Source: Halanaeroarchaeum sp. (lineage in GTDB: Archaea; Halobacteriota; Halobacteria; Halobacteriales; Halobacteriaceae). Taken from it: a stretch of DNA of 64,000 nt. Position numbers and translations under genes: made by a program. The notes beneath the pieces were generated by a model that searched no databases, was not told the origin of the DNA, and saw nothing but the letters and a program-made list of their open reading frames with translations. Below, piece by piece: positions 18,486 through 28,488 of this stretch (the stretch's first letter is position 1; the number at the start of each line of letters is the position of its first letter). Location of the stretch: contig JBDGUE010000034.1 in assembly GCA_042216045.1 (NCBI GenBank), positions 92-64,091 of the forward strand. The letters run 5' to 3'.

Positions 18486-18935
18486 ATGCGCGTGAGCGTC
18501 ATCGGCGGATCGAGCGTCGATCCGGAGACGGCCGACCTCGCCAGGGACCTGGGAAGGGAGCTGGGAGAGCGTGGGCACGCGATGGTCTGTGGCGGCCTGT
18601 CCGGCGTCATGCGGGCGGCGGCCGAGGGGGTGGCCAGCGCGGGCGGGACGACCATCGGCATCCTTCCGGGGACGGACCGCGCCGCGGCGAACGAGTTCGT
18701 CGACGTCGCGATCGCGACTGGCCTGGGAGACGCCCGAAACGCCCTCGTCGCGTTGAACGGCGACGCGGTGATCGCCGTCGACGGCGGCCCCGGCACGCTC
18801 TCCGAAATCGGTCTCGCCTTGGCGCGCGGCCGGCCCGTCGTCGGCCTGGAGACCTTCGACGTGCCCGGCGTCGAGCACGTCGACGACGCCGCCGCGGCCG
18901 TGGCGGCCGTCGAGAGCGCCGCACCTGGGGACTGA
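18486..18935 (+). CDS. TIGR00725 / LOG-like Rossmann-fold nucleotide-binding protein
   Basis: VSVIGG, CGGLSGVM.AA, TIGILPG, TGLGDARN, GGPGTLSEI. Confidence 0.88.
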   Translation: MRVSVIGGSSVDPETADLARDLGRELGERGHAMVCGGLSGVMRAAAEGVASAGGTTIGILPGTDRAAANEFVDVAIATGLGDARNALVALNGDAVIAVDGGPGTLSEIGLALARGRPVVGLETFDVPGVEHVDDAAAAVAAVESAAPGD

Positions 18936-18936
18936 A

Positions 18937-20127
18937 TCAGTCCCGATTCGGACCCTCGTCCGGCGTCCCCTCGTCCACGACGCGGAAGCCGCCCGTCTCC
19001 TCCCGACCCGCGAGTTCGCGCTGCGGGAACGGGATCTTGATGCCCTCGCGATCGTAGGCCCGTTTGATCGCGGTGACCACCGCGCTGGTCGCCCGAGCGC
19101 GCCTGCGCGATGACGGCTTGTCGATCCAAAAGCGCACCTGCAACACGATCGCGAAGTCGCCAAGACGGTCGTAGACGACCATCGGTCGCGGGACGCTCAG
19201 GATCTCCTCGACGTCCTCAAGTGCCTCCTCTGCCGTCTCCATGGCGTGATCGAGATCGGCGTCGTAGTCCACGCCGACCTCCACGGCGAGGCGGATTCGG
19301 CCCTTCCGGGTGCGGTTGATGATCGTGGAGTTGCTGACGGTGTCGTTCGGAAGCACGACGAACTCGCCGTCGAAGTTCTCCATGCGCGTGTTGACGATGG
19401 TGATGTCCGTCACGATGCCCTCCTCCTGACCGATCTTCACCCAGTCGCCGATCTCGAAGGGCCGCGAGAACATCAACACGAATCCGGCCAGGAGCGATCC
19501 AAGCGTCTGTTGGGCCGCGATACCGACCACGATGCCGAGGAACCCGGCCCCGACGAGCAACCCGCCGAGATCGATCCCCCACATCGTGAGCGCGGCCAGG
19601 AAGACGGCCGTGAGCGTGACGATCTGCAGGACGCGGTAGGTGATCTCCTCTTGGTGTTTCGTGAAGGTGTCGGATCTCTCGGTGACGACGTCGAGCCAGG
19701 AGTCGACGAAGCCGAGGACGATCCAGGCCACGATCACGACGCCGATCGTGACGCCCACCTGGGCCAGGTACGGCACCGAGAGTTCGAGCGCCGCGACCCC
19801 CGACCGAACGAGGTCGTACTGGCCCCAGAGCAACAGGACGACGACGGCGGTGACGATCGCGAGGCCGGCCCGCAGGACCGAGACGAAAAACGACAGGGTC
19901 GCCCACCACGGGGCGAGCGAGGTGATCGTGTCGACGCGGTCCGCGATCGACCCCCGGACGACGACCGCGGAGACGACGCGTCGACCGCGCGTGAGGAGAA
20001 TCGGGACGACGTACCGCGAGAGCACGACGGCGATCGCGAGAACGATGGCGGACGCGGCCACCCGCTCGTCGATCGTCTCGACACCCCGGAACGGCGACGC
20101 GTCTCCCCACCACGACGATACGTTCAT
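18937..20127 (-). CDS. mscS: Small-conductance mechanosensitive channel (MscS family)
   Basis: GFLGIVVGIAAQQTLGSLLAG, RPFEIGDWV, VLPN, GVDYDAD, GIKIPFPQ; alternative start at 20160. Confidence 0.92.
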   Translation of the reverse strand: MNVSSWWGDASPFRGVETIDERVAASAIVLAIAVVLSRYVVPILLTRGRRVVSAVVVRGSIADRVDTITSLAPWWATLSFFVSVLRAGLAIVTAVVVLLLWGQYDLVRSGVAALELSVPYLAQVGVTIGVVIVAWIVLGFVDSWLDVVTERSDTFTKHQEEITYRVLQIVTLTAVFLAALTMWGIDLGGLLVGAGFLGIVVGIAAQQTLGSLLAGFVLMFSRPFEIGDWVKIGQEEGIVTDITIVNTRMENFDGEFVVLPNDTVSNSTIINRTRKGRIRLAVEVGVDYDADLDHAMETAEEALEDVEEILSVPRPMVVYDRLGDFAIVLQVRFWIDKPSSRRRARATSAVVTAIKRAYDREGIKIPFPQRELAGREETGGFRVVDEGTPDEGPNRD

Positions 20128-20218
20128 CGGCCCGAATTCGGCGTCGACCCACGTATGCATTGGGGTTCACCGTCTCTGGGACGTCGGGGCTCGCCCGTCG
20201 ACCGGCCGTGGCGAACGA

Positions 20219-20224
20219 TTTATA
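20219..20224 (+). promoter_or_regulatory. Putative TATA box of the FAD oxidoreductase gene
   Basis: TTTATA 25-30 nt upstream of ATG 20249, typical of leaderless haloarchaeal transcripts. Confidence 0.6.
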
Positions 20225-20248
20225 CGCTCAATGTGCCACCGTGGGAGT

Positions 20249-21631
20249 ATGCAACGGGTGGACGTGGCCGTCGTCGGCGGCGGTCCCGCGGGAAGTTCGG
20301 CTGCTCACGCGGCCGCGGAAGCGGGCGCCTCGACGGTGGTCGTAGAGAAGGGGGTCCCGCGGGCCGATCGCGACCGACTGGGTCCCGACTCGACGGACGC
20401 CGCGGGATTTCTGGACTACTGGGTCGACGTGGCCGGACTCGACGTGGCGGCCCTGCCCGAGGACGTGATCCTCCGGGAACTCGACGGCGCGCGATTTCTG
20501 GGCCCCTCGGAGGGGGTCACAATCGAGCGCACGGGGATTTCGTCGTCCTACGACGGGTTCGGGTTCACGTTCCACCGCGCGCGGATGGACGACTACCTCC
20601 GCGACCGCGCCGAGTCGGCGGGTGCGACGTTCCGGGTCGGGACGGGCGTGACGGCCGTGGACACCGACCTCGCCGGCGCCCCGACGCACACCCTGTCGCT
20701 CGCGAACGGGGAGGAGATCGTCGCCGACGCGGTGATACTCGCCGACGGACCGCAGCGACAGGTGACCATGCCGGTCCTCGACCAGTACCTCCCCGCGGGC
20801 CGCGAGGCCTCGAGCGTGCTCGATCCCCGACGGCGGAACCACATCGCCTATCAGGAGTACCGCGAGTTTCCCGAGGAGGCATTCGATCCCGACACTATCG
20901 CGTTCTGGTGGGGGTGGATGCCGGGCGAGACCGCCTACCCCTGGATCTTCCCGAACGAGGACACGGTCGCCCGCGTGGGCCTGACGATGCCCATCGGGAT
21001 GGGCCTCGAGGACGTCGACCGGCCCGAGGAGTACCGACTCCTCCGGTCCGACGACGAGAAGATCCCCTCCGGGTCGACGTACGTCCGTCGACTGCTCGAG
21101 GAACTCTTCGGCGACGAGTACGACGTGGAACGCGACTTCCCCGTCGTGACGGAGGGCCACGGCAAGCGCGACGGGACGGAGACCTATCCCATCTCCTCGA
21201 CCAAGCCGATCGACTCCCCCACGGCGGCGAACGTCGCGGTGGTCGGTGGCGCAATGGGAGCGACCTCGGCGTTTCACGAGGGCGGCGACCACGTCGCCAT
21301 GCGCACGGGTGCGATCGCCGGCCGTCTCGCGGCCCGGGACGAACTCGACCGGTACAACGACGCGTGGAAGGACGCGATCGGCCCGGAGGTCAGACGGAAC
21401 GTGGCCATGGCCGAGATGGTCGAGGACTTCGACCCCGACGACTGGGATCGCGTCCTGCGGACGGCGGCGGACATCCTCGACTACCGCGATAGCGGGTCGC
21501 TCGTCGACTTCTCGAGTGCGACGACCGGCCTCTCGGCGTTCTCACTCTACCTCTCCTACCGGTACCACCGATTCGGTCTCCGCGGCGAGCGCTGTGCACA
21601 GCTCCGCGAGCGAGAGTACGAGGTCCGTTAG
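20249..21631 (+). CDS. FAD-dependent oxidoreductase, geranylgeranyl reductase-like
   Basis: DVAVVGGGPAGSSAA, VVEKG, R..MDDYL..RA, LADG, YPWIFP; usual GD/G..A motif appears as VGGAMG..SAFHEGGDH. Confidence 0.8.
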   Translation: MQRVDVAVVGGGPAGSSAAHAAAEAGASTVVVEKGVPRADRDRLGPDSTDAAGFLDYWVDVAGLDVAALPEDVILRELDGARFLGPSEGVTIERTGISSSYDGFGFTFHRARMDDYLRDRAESAGATFRVGTGVTAVDTDLAGAPTHTLSLANGEEIVADAVILADGPQRQVTMPVLDQYLPAGREASSVLDPRRRNHIAYQEYREFPEEAFDPDTIAFWWGWMPGETAYPWIFPNEDTVARVGLTMPIGMGLEDVDRPEEYRLLRSDDEKIPSGSTYVRRLLEELFGDEYDVERDFPVVTEGHGKRDGTETYPISSTKPIDSPTAANVAVVGGAMGATSAFHEGGDHVAMRTGAIAGRLAARDELDRYNDAWKDAIGPEVRRNVAMAEMVEDFDPDDWDRVLRTAADILDYRDSGSLVDFSSATTGLSAFSLYLSYRYHRFGLRGERCAQLREREYEVR

Positions 21632-22254
21632 TTCGACCGGGTGGCGAGGACGCGCTCTGCGGCCCGGCGGTCGCTCGGGGTGTTCACGTTGAAGAGCGGC
21701 CCGCCCGGGTCGTCGGCGTCCGCCGGGAGGTCGACCGTTACGTACGCCAGGTCACGAAGGGCCTCGACGGGGCTCGCGACCCCCGATTCGAGCGCCCGAC
21801 GAGCGACGCGCTCGAGGGACGCGCTCCGGTAGACCGCCTGCAGCGGCTGGAGCACGCGACCGTCAACGGTGCGCACTGTCGGGACGGCACCGTCGCGGCC
21901 CGCCGTCAGATCGAAGAGCCGTCGAACGAGGCGCGGGTCGACGAACGGCATGTCGCAGGCCACGACGAGCGTCCGATCCGCCGAGACGCGAGCGAGGCCC
22001 GTGGCGATGCCGGCGAGCGGACCCCGATCCGGCGTCGGATCCACCGCGTAACTGTCGATGCGCTCCCCGCCGAGTGCCGCGTCCATCCGGGCGCGCTGAT
22101 CGTCCCTGACGTTGAGCACGACGTCGTCGACGAGCGGCGCGACGCGCGAGAGAACCCGTCCGACCATCGGCTCTCCGTCGATCCTCGCGACGGCCTTGTC
22201 CTCGTCGCCGAATCGCGAGCCGTACCCGCCGGCGAGGATCAGCGCCGCGCGCAT
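21628..22254 (-). CDS. mobA: Molybdenum cofactor guanylyltransferase
   Basis: ILAGGYGSRFG..DKA, GPLAGI, VACDMPFV, QPLQAVY, FNVNTPSD. Confidence 0.92.
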   Translation of the reverse strand: MRAALILAGGYGSRFGDEDKAVARIDGEPMVGRVLSRVAPLVDDVVLNVRDDQRARMDAALGGERIDSYAVDPTPDRGPLAGIATGLARVSADRTLVVACDMPFVDPRLVRRLFDLTAGRDGAVPTVRTVDGRVLQPLQAVYRSASLERVARRALESGVASPVEALRDLAYVTVDLPADADDPGGPLFNVNTPSDRRAAERVLATRSN

Positions 22255-22338
22255 ACGAGCGTCCAGGCGGTGCCCGCCGAAAAGCACCTCGCTCCGGGAC
22301 GACCAAAGTATGAATAGCCAGGGTCGGTGACTCTGGGT

Positions 22339-23202
22339 ATGATCGACGTGGAGGGGTTGGAGAAGCGATACGGCGACGTCGAAGCCGTCGGCGGCATCGA
22401 CTTCGCCGTCAACCCCGGGGAGGTGGTGGGGCTCGTGGGTCCGAACGGCGCGGGGAAGACCTCGACGCTCAAGACCGTGGCCGGACTGATCGAACCGACC
22501 GCCGGGCGGGTCACCGTGAACGGCTTCGACGTCGCAGAGCGCGAGATGCGCGAGACCCTCGGCTTTCTCCCCGAGGAGTCCCCGCTCTACGACGACATGA
22601 GCCCGCGGGGATACCTGCGCTTCTTCGCCGACCTCTACGACGTTCCCCGGGAGACCGCGAACGAGCGGATCGAGTCGACGCTCGACCGACTCGGTCTCGA
22701 CGCGCGCGACCGCGCCGTCGGGGACTTCTCGAAGGGGATGAAGCGGAAGGTCGCCATCGCACGGTCGCTCGTGAACGACCCCGAGGTCCTGGTCTACGAC
22801 GAACCGGCGAGCGGCCTCGATCCCCAGACGACCGCGACCGTCGTCGATTTCACGCGCGAACTGGCCGCGGCGGACAAGACGGTGCTCTTCAGCGCCCACG
22901 ACCTCTATCACGTCGAGTCCGTCTGCGACCGCGTCGTCATCCTTCGCGACGGGACCGTCGCGGCGAAGGGGACACTCGAGGAGATTCGAGAGGCCCACGG
23001 GACCGTCGAGTACCGCGTCTACACGGACGTCTCTCTCGACGGGGCCGAGACGAGCGGCGATCGGTGGGTGACGACCGTCGAGTCCATGGGCGACGTCGAG
23101 GCGGTTCGCGACGCTACCCACGCCGCGGGCGGGGAGGTCGTCGACATCAGGACGCGGGAGTCGAGCCTCGAGGACCTCTTCCTCGAGGTGACGGACGCAT
23201 GA
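22339..23202 (+). CDS. ABC transporter ATP-binding protein
   Basis: GPNGAGKTS, FSKGM signature, YDEPASGLD, SAH. Confidence 0.95.
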   Translation: MIDVEGLEKRYGDVEAVGGIDFAVNPGEVVGLVGPNGAGKTSTLKTVAGLIEPTAGRVTVNGFDVAEREMRETLGFLPEESPLYDDMSPRGYLRFFADLYDVPRETANERIESTLDRLGLDARDRAVGDFSKGMKRKVAIARSLVNDPEVLVYDEPASGLDPQTTATVVDFTRELAAADKTVLFSAHDLYHVESVCDRVVILRDGTVAAKGTLEEIREAHGTVEYRVYTDVSLDGAETSGDRWVTTVESMGDVEAVRDATHAAGGEVVDIRTRESSLEDLFLEVTDA

Positions 23203-25031
23203 ATCCCCGTCGGGTCCTTCGGATCGCACGGTGGGAGGCCTCCACGGCCATCGGCGGCCTCGACCGACGCGCCGTCATCGGTCTGCTCGTCGTGGGGGTC
23301 GTCCTCGGGGGACTGAGTCCCGTCATCGCGAGTTCGGCCACGACGCCGGGGGAGGGACTCTACACCGTGGGCATCACCCCCGATAGCCCCTATCGCGAAC
23401 CCGTCGAGCGCGCTTCGCGGCTCCGGGTCGTGATGCTCTCGGAGGGGACCCAGACGCGGGACCTCGACCTCGTCATCCGGGGACGCACCGTGATGGTCCC
23501 CAACACCGACACCGGCCGGGCGGCGGCAGCGGTCCTGCGGGACGCGATCGCCACGTACAACGACCGGATCGTTGCCGACGAACCGGACCGCGTCGCCGCC
23601 TACCCGGTGCTCGTGACCCTCCGATACCGCTCCCAGGAGACTGCGGACACGCTCCGCTCCCGCACGACGACCGCCGCGTCGAGATCTGGCGAGGGATCGA
23701 CCGCCGATCGTGGCGGGACGACGACGCCGCACGAGCAGACGGCGGACCCCACGGCCACCGACGGGAGCGGGTCCACTGGCGGGGGAGCGACCGACGAGCG
23801 ACGGACGACGGCGTCAGAGGAGGGGGCAACGACGACGGCCGTGCCCGTCGATCCGGCGAAGTCGAGGGGCGGAGTCCCCGGGAGGATGCAGTCGGGAACG
23901 CCGTCCGCCATCACGCCGCCGTTTCCGCTGCGATCGCTCCTGCTCGCGTTCGTCTTCGTGCTCCCGTTCAACGTGATCATCCAGGCCTACGGCGGGTCGA
24001 TCCTGGCCGAACGGATCGATCGACGGGGCGAACCCCTGCTCGTGTCGCCCGCCGCTCGGGGAGAGATCGTCTCCGGGAAGACGCTCCCCTACCTCCTCGT
24101 CGCCGTCGGGACGACCGCCGCCATCGCCCTGGCGGTGGGGGGCGGTCTGGCCAGCGTGGCCGCGATGACCCCCCTCGCCGCCCTGTTCCTCGCCGCGACC
24201 TTCGTCGCCGGGATGCTCGTGCGGTCCTACAAGGAGTTGACGTTCGTGACGGTGGCCATCTCCGTCGGCCTCACCGCCTACGCCTTCGTACCCGCGGTGT
24301 TCACCCAGGTCCACCCCATCGCGGCCATCTCTCCGCTGTCCGTGGTCGTGACCGACCTGCAGGGCGCGCCGATCACCCTCGGTGGGTTCGTGCTCTCGAC
24401 CGGCCCGGTCGCGCTCTCCGCGGTCGTCCTCTTCGTCCTCGGGGCGGGCATGTATCGGGAGGAGGATATGTTCACGCGCAAGCGACTCTCCGCGAAGGCG
24501 ATCGACGCCGTCGCGAACCCACTGGACTCGGCCCGCTCCGTGGGGACCTGGACGGCCCTCTACCTCCCGTTCGTCTTCGTGGCCGAACTGTTCCTCGTGG
24601 CCGTCCTCTTCGTCCTCCCGACCAGGGTCTCCGTTCCGGTACTGCTGGTGGCCCTCGCCACGGTCGAGGAGATCGCGAAGAGCGGTCACGTCTTCGCCGG
24701 CTTCGAGCGCGGGCGCTTCGATCGCACGGTGCGGACGGGCCTCGTCCTCGGCCTGGCCTCCGGCGCGGGCTTCTTCCTCGCGGAGAAGGTCACGGCGATC
24801 ACCCAGCTCGTCGGACTCCCGGGGCTCGAGGTGGGGCGGGCCGCCTTCGCACCCGCGATCGCCGCCCCACTCCCGCTGCTCGTGATCGCCCCGCTCGCCC
24901 TTCACACCGCGACGGCCGCGATCTCGGCCCGCGGTGCCGCGACGTCGCGGCGGGCCTACGTCCTGGGACTCGGTGTGGCGATCGCGGTTCACGTCGTCTA
25001 CAACTACGCGGTGGTGGGTGCCCTTGCGTAG
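23199..25031 (+). CDS. ABC-2-type permease fused to a C-terminal PrsW-type intramembrane protease domain
   Basis: ERIDRRGEPLLVSP..GK permease motif; C-terminal EEIAK, GFFLAE, LH, HVVYN. Confidence 0.8.
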   Translation: MNPRRVLRIARWEASTAIGGLDRRAVIGLLVVGVVLGGLSPVIASSATTPGEGLYTVGITPDSPYREPVERASRLRVVMLSEGTQTRDLDLVIRGRTVMVPNTDTGRAAAAVLRDAIATYNDRIVADEPDRVAAYPVLVTLRYRSQETADTLRSRTTTAASRSGEGSTADRGGTTTPHEQTADPTATDGSGSTGGGATDERRTTASEEGATTTAVPVDPAKSRGGVPGRMQSGTPSAITPPFPLRSLLLAFVFVLPFNVIIQAYGGSILAERIDRRGEPLLVSPAARGEIVSGKTLPYLLVAVGTTAAIALAVGGGLASVAAMTPLAALFLAATFVAGMLVRSYKELTFVTVAISVGLTAYAFVPAVFTQVHPIAAISPLSVVVTDLQGAPITLGGFVLSTGPVALSAVVLFVLGAGMYREEDMFTRKRLSAKAIDAVANPLDSARSVGTWTALYLPFVFVAELFLVAVLFVLPTRVSVPVLLVALATVEEIAKSGHVFAGFERGRFDRTVRTGLVLGLASGAGFFLAEKVTAITQLVGLPGLEVGRAAFAPAIAAPLPLLVIAPLALHTATAAISARGAATSRRAYVLGLGVAIAVHVVYNYAVVGALA

Positions 25032-26073
25032 ACGCCTCCGCATCGCGCGGCGAACGGTCGCCTCGCTGCGGTCGGAGAAGACCATCCTGCTCGCGGTGGC
25101 CATTCAACTGTTCGTCGCCGCCTTCTCCTCGTTCATGGTCGTGGGCCTGGTCGCGCTCACCGACCCCGGGGCCGCCCAGGGAGACTACACCGTCGACGTC
25201 GGCGTCGCCGGTCCCGCCGCCGAGGACCTGGCGGCCGTCGTCGAGCGAGGCGACGCCCGCGACGCGACGATCTACGGGTCGCGGGAGGACGCGATATCGG
25301 CGTTCGCCAGCGGTCGAGTCGACGCGGTTCTGGTGGCGACGAGGACCGACGCCGGACGGACCATCGTCGAGGCCATCGCACCGGAGGGCGACTTCCGGAG
25401 CACGCTCGTCGTCGTCCAGTTGAAGCAGGCCCTGTCGGAGTACGAGCGGTCGAGACGGCTCGCGATGCGCGATCGACTGCGGACCGATCCGGTGGAGATG
25501 CCGACGCTCCCGCCCGGATCGCCGTACGTCGGCTTCACGTACACGGTGTTGATCCCGATGCTCGTCTTCCTCCCGGCGTTCATCTCCGGGAGCGTCGCCG
25601 CCGACTCGATCGCCGAGGAACTCGAGCGGGGCACCTTCGAACTCCTCCGGGTCGCCCCCGTCAGCGCCTCCGCGATCGTCGACGGCAAGGCGCTCGCCAT
25701 GGTGGCGATCGCGCCCGCACAGGCCGCACTCTGGCTCGCGCTCCTGGGAGCGAACGGGACCCAGATCGCACGGCCCGCGGCCATTCTGGTCCTCGTCACC
25801 GGCCTCGCGACCGTCCTCGTGGCGGTGGGCGCCGGCCTGGCGCTCGTCTTTCGATCGCGAACCGAGGCCCAGTTGCTCTACTCCGTCGTCGCGCTCGGTC
25901 TGTTGGGGGCGTCGATGGCGCTCCCGGAGAGTCCGGCGAACACGATCGCCAAACTCGCCGTCGGGAACGCGACGGTGATCACCGAACTCACGGTGCTGGG
26001 CCTATCGACGCTCGCCGTCCTCGGCTACGGCGGCGTGCGGGTGGCGATCGAGGGACTCGCCCTCTCCGAGTAG
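25018..26073 (+). CDS. ABC-2-type permease
   Basis: EKTILLA, EELERGTFELLRVAP..IVDGK; several TM segments; start inferred at overlap with upstream stop. Confidence 0.85.
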   Translation: MPLRRRLRIARRTVASLRSEKTILLAVAIQLFVAAFSSFMVVGLVALTDPGAAQGDYTVDVGVAGPAAEDLAAVVERGDARDATIYGSREDAISAFASGRVDAVLVATRTDAGRTIVEAIAPEGDFRSTLVVVQLKQALSEYERSRRLAMRDRLRTDPVEMPTLPPGSPYVGFTYTVLIPMLVFLPAFISGSVAADSIAEELERGTFELLRVAPVSASAIVDGKALAMVAIAPAQAALWLALLGANGTQIARPAAILVLVTGLATVLVAVGAGLALVFRSRTEAQLLYSVVALGLLGASMALPESPANTIAKLAVGNATVITELTVLGLSTLAVLGYGGVRVAIEGLALSE

Positions 26074-26118
26074 CCCGGGGTGATCACACTTTAGTCGCCG
26101 CGTGGAGTGGTGGGGACC

Positions 26119-27093
26119 ATGGAGTACACCACGCTGGGCGACACCGGGATGGAGGTCAGCCGGATCGGTCTGGGATGCATGAGCTTCGGGTCCCCCGACT
26201 GGCGGCCCTGGGTGCTCGAACCGGAGGAGGGCAGAGAACTCGTCGAACGGGCCCTCGAGTTGGGCGTGAACTTCTTCGACACGGCCAACATGTACTCGAA
26301 CGGCGAGTCCGAGCGGGTGCTGGGCGAGGCGCTCGAGGGCCACCGGGAGGAGAGCGTCGTCGCGACGAAGGCCTACTTCCAGATGGACGAGGACAATCCG
26401 CACTCCGGGGGGCTCTCGCGGAAGGCGATCGAGCAGGAACTCGAGCACAGCCTCGACCGCCTTGGCATGGACACCATCGACCTCTATCAGATCCACCGCT
26501 GGGACGAGAAGACGCCGATCGAGACGACGATGCGTGCCCTCGGCGACGCCGTGGACCGCGGGAAGGTCCGCACCGTGGGAGCGAGTTCGATGTGGACCTA
26601 CCAGTTCGCCGAGGCTCAGCGCGCGGCCGAGCGACTCGGCGTGCCGCGTTTCGAGACGATGCAGAACCACTACAACCTCGTCTATCGCGAGGAGGAACGC
26701 GAGATGCTGCCCTACACCGAGCGGCGGAACGTGGGCGTGATCCCGTGGTCGCCCCTGGCCCGTGGCTACCTGACGCGCCCACACGGGGACGTGGACGCGA
26801 CGACGCGCGGCGAGACAGAAGAGCACCTCTACGAGCACCCCTACCGAGCGGGCGGCGGGCGGGAGATCAACGAACGCGTCGAGGAACTCGCGGCGGAACG
26901 GGACGTCACGATGGCACAGATCGCGCTGGCGTGGCTGTTCGAGAAGGACTGGGTCGACGCGCCGATCGTCGGGACGACGAGCGTGACCCACCTGGAGGAG
27001 GCGGTCGCCGCCCTCGATGTCGACCTCTCGGCCGACGACGTCGCGTACCTCGAGGAGCCCTACGAACCGGTCCCCGTCTCGGGACACGATTGA
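26119..27093 (+). CDS. Aldo/keto reductase
   Basis: LGCMSFG, FDTANMY, ATK, DLYQIHRWD, MQNHYNL, WSPLARG. Confidence 0.95.
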   Translation: MEYTTLGDTGMEVSRIGLGCMSFGSPDWRPWVLEPEEGRELVERALELGVNFFDTANMYSNGESERVLGEALEGHREESVVATKAYFQMDEDNPHSGGLSRKAIEQELEHSLDRLGMDTIDLYQIHRWDEKTPIETTMRALGDAVDRGKVRTVGASSMWTYQFAEAQRAAERLGVPRFETMQNHYNLVYREEEREMLPYTERRNVGVIPWSPLARGYLTRPHGDVDATTRGETEEHLYEHPYRAGGGREINERVEELAAERDVTMAQIALAWLFEKDWVDAPIVGTTSVTHLEEAVAALDVDLSADDVAYLEEPYEPVPVSGHD

Positions 27094-27175
27094 ACGCGTG
27101 TGGTGACCTCGCCGGGGTGTGGAGGAGAATCGCCGGCGGCGTCAGAGCGGTCGTGGCGGTGTCGAGGACGATCGA

Positions 27176-27592
27176 TCAGGTGCCGGCCGTGAGGTAGACC
27201 GCCGCAACGGCGAACGCGATGCCGAGGCCCTTCCGGACCGTGACCTCCTCACCGAGGACGACGAATCCGACCACCGAACTCACCGCGAGGAACATCCCGA
27301 ATATCGGCGTCACGGTGCTCACCGGCCCCATCGAGAGGGCCTTGTAGTAGGCGAGAATCCCCACCGCGAGGGCGATCCCCGCCCCGTAGAGGTAGGGGGC
27401 CCGCGGATGGGAGAGATAGGGCAGGACGGCGTCGTCGGTCAGGACGACGATGGCCCCCGCGGCGACCACGAGCATGGTGTTGGAGAGCATCACGGCCACG
27501 TTCGTCGGAATCTCCTCGGTCGCGACCTTCATCAGGGGCGCGACGAGACTGTAGGAGAGCAACGCGAGGATCGACCACCGAAGGTAGCTCAT
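27176..27592 (-). CDS. Single-domain EamA/DMT membrane protein
   Basis: Five hydrophobic segments; YYKALSMGPVSTVTPI, VLGEEVT.RK. Confidence 0.85.
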   Translation of the reverse strand: MSYLRWSILALLSYSLVAPLMKVATEEIPTNVAVMLSNTMLVVAAGAIVVLTDDAVLPYLSHPRAPYLYGAGIALAVGILAYYKALSMGPVSTVTPIFGMFLAVSSVVGFVVLGEEVTVRKGLGIAFAVAAVYLTAGT

Positions 27593-27686
27593 GGTCCACC
27601 GTCCGTGGCCTCGGGAGTAATCACTTCCGCCTCCCATCGAAGCCCCCGACCTCGACGTGGACCCGTCTCGACCGCCCGGGGCCGCC

Positions 27687-28361
27687 TCACTCGAGCGGGA
27701 CCCACTCCGTCGGCGTGGGCGTGATGCCGCGCACGCGTGCCTCGCGACCCCCCTCCTCCGGGAGACGGATGTCGAGGATCCCGTCGAAGAGTTGACTGAC
27801 GGTGTTCACCGTCTGGTCGTCGTGGGAGGAGGGATCGATGGCGAACATCCCCAGCCAGTCGTTGGTCTGGATCTGACTGGTGAAGACGTGCAGGAACCTG
27901 AACAGTCGCTCGACGTCGACGTACATCAAGAGCGGCGTGATGGAGTCGAAGCCGATGCGGAGCCGATCGACGCCGTTCGCGTCGGCCTCGGTGGCGATCT
28001 CCGAGAACTCGATGCCGATGCCGGTCAGATCACCCGGCGAGGAGACCGTTCGCACGAGGTCCGGGTCGATCTCCGCGCCGGTCGATCCGTTGCAGTCGAC
28101 GACGCGCAGGAACCCCGCTGACGGGTCTCCGACGGCGCGATAGTCCGAGAGGACGTCGTCGGCCGGATCGTTCGTGGTCACGATCACGGCCCCCTCGCCC
28201 CGCGTGGCCCCGTGAGAGAGCGATCGCATCACGATGTCGCGCTTTCCCGACAGCGACGGTCCGCTGACCAGCAGGTTGGTCCCCGGATCGATCTCGCTCA
28301 CGAGGGCCGGGGGAAGGAGGTCGTCCAGGTCGTAGGTCATTTGTTCGGAGTTCGCCGACAT
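27687..28361 (-). CDS. KaiC/RAD55-like RecA-fold protein with degenerate Walker A
   Basis: PGTNLLVSGPSLSGKRD, SSPGDLTGIG, FDSITPLLMY, FRFLHV, QLFDG. Confidence 0.78.
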   Translation of the reverse strand: MSANSEQMTYDLDDLLPPALVSEIDPGTNLLVSGPSLSGKRDIVMRSLSHGATRGEGAVIVTTNDPADDVLSDYRAVGDPSAGFLRVVDCNGSTGAEIDPDLVRTVSSPGDLTGIGIEFSEIATEADANGVDRLRIGFDSITPLLMYVDVERLFRFLHVFTSQIQTNDWLGMFAIDPSSHDDQTVNTVSQLFDGILDIRLPEEGGREARVRGITPTPTEWVPLE

Positions 28362-28488
28362 GTCGGGACCCGCTCTCGTTCGTTCGTCACTACGGAGGGA
28401 CGCCCCTAAGTATGTGCGGATCGTCGGTTTCGAGAATTTCCCGCTCGGAGACACAAAGAGGTTTCTGTCCGGCACGCGTACACGGGCC

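Noticed and set aside
18486-18935. SLOG-type anti-phage or DprA system
   Set aside because: Stand-alone TIGR00725-type protein with no effector or defence neighbours
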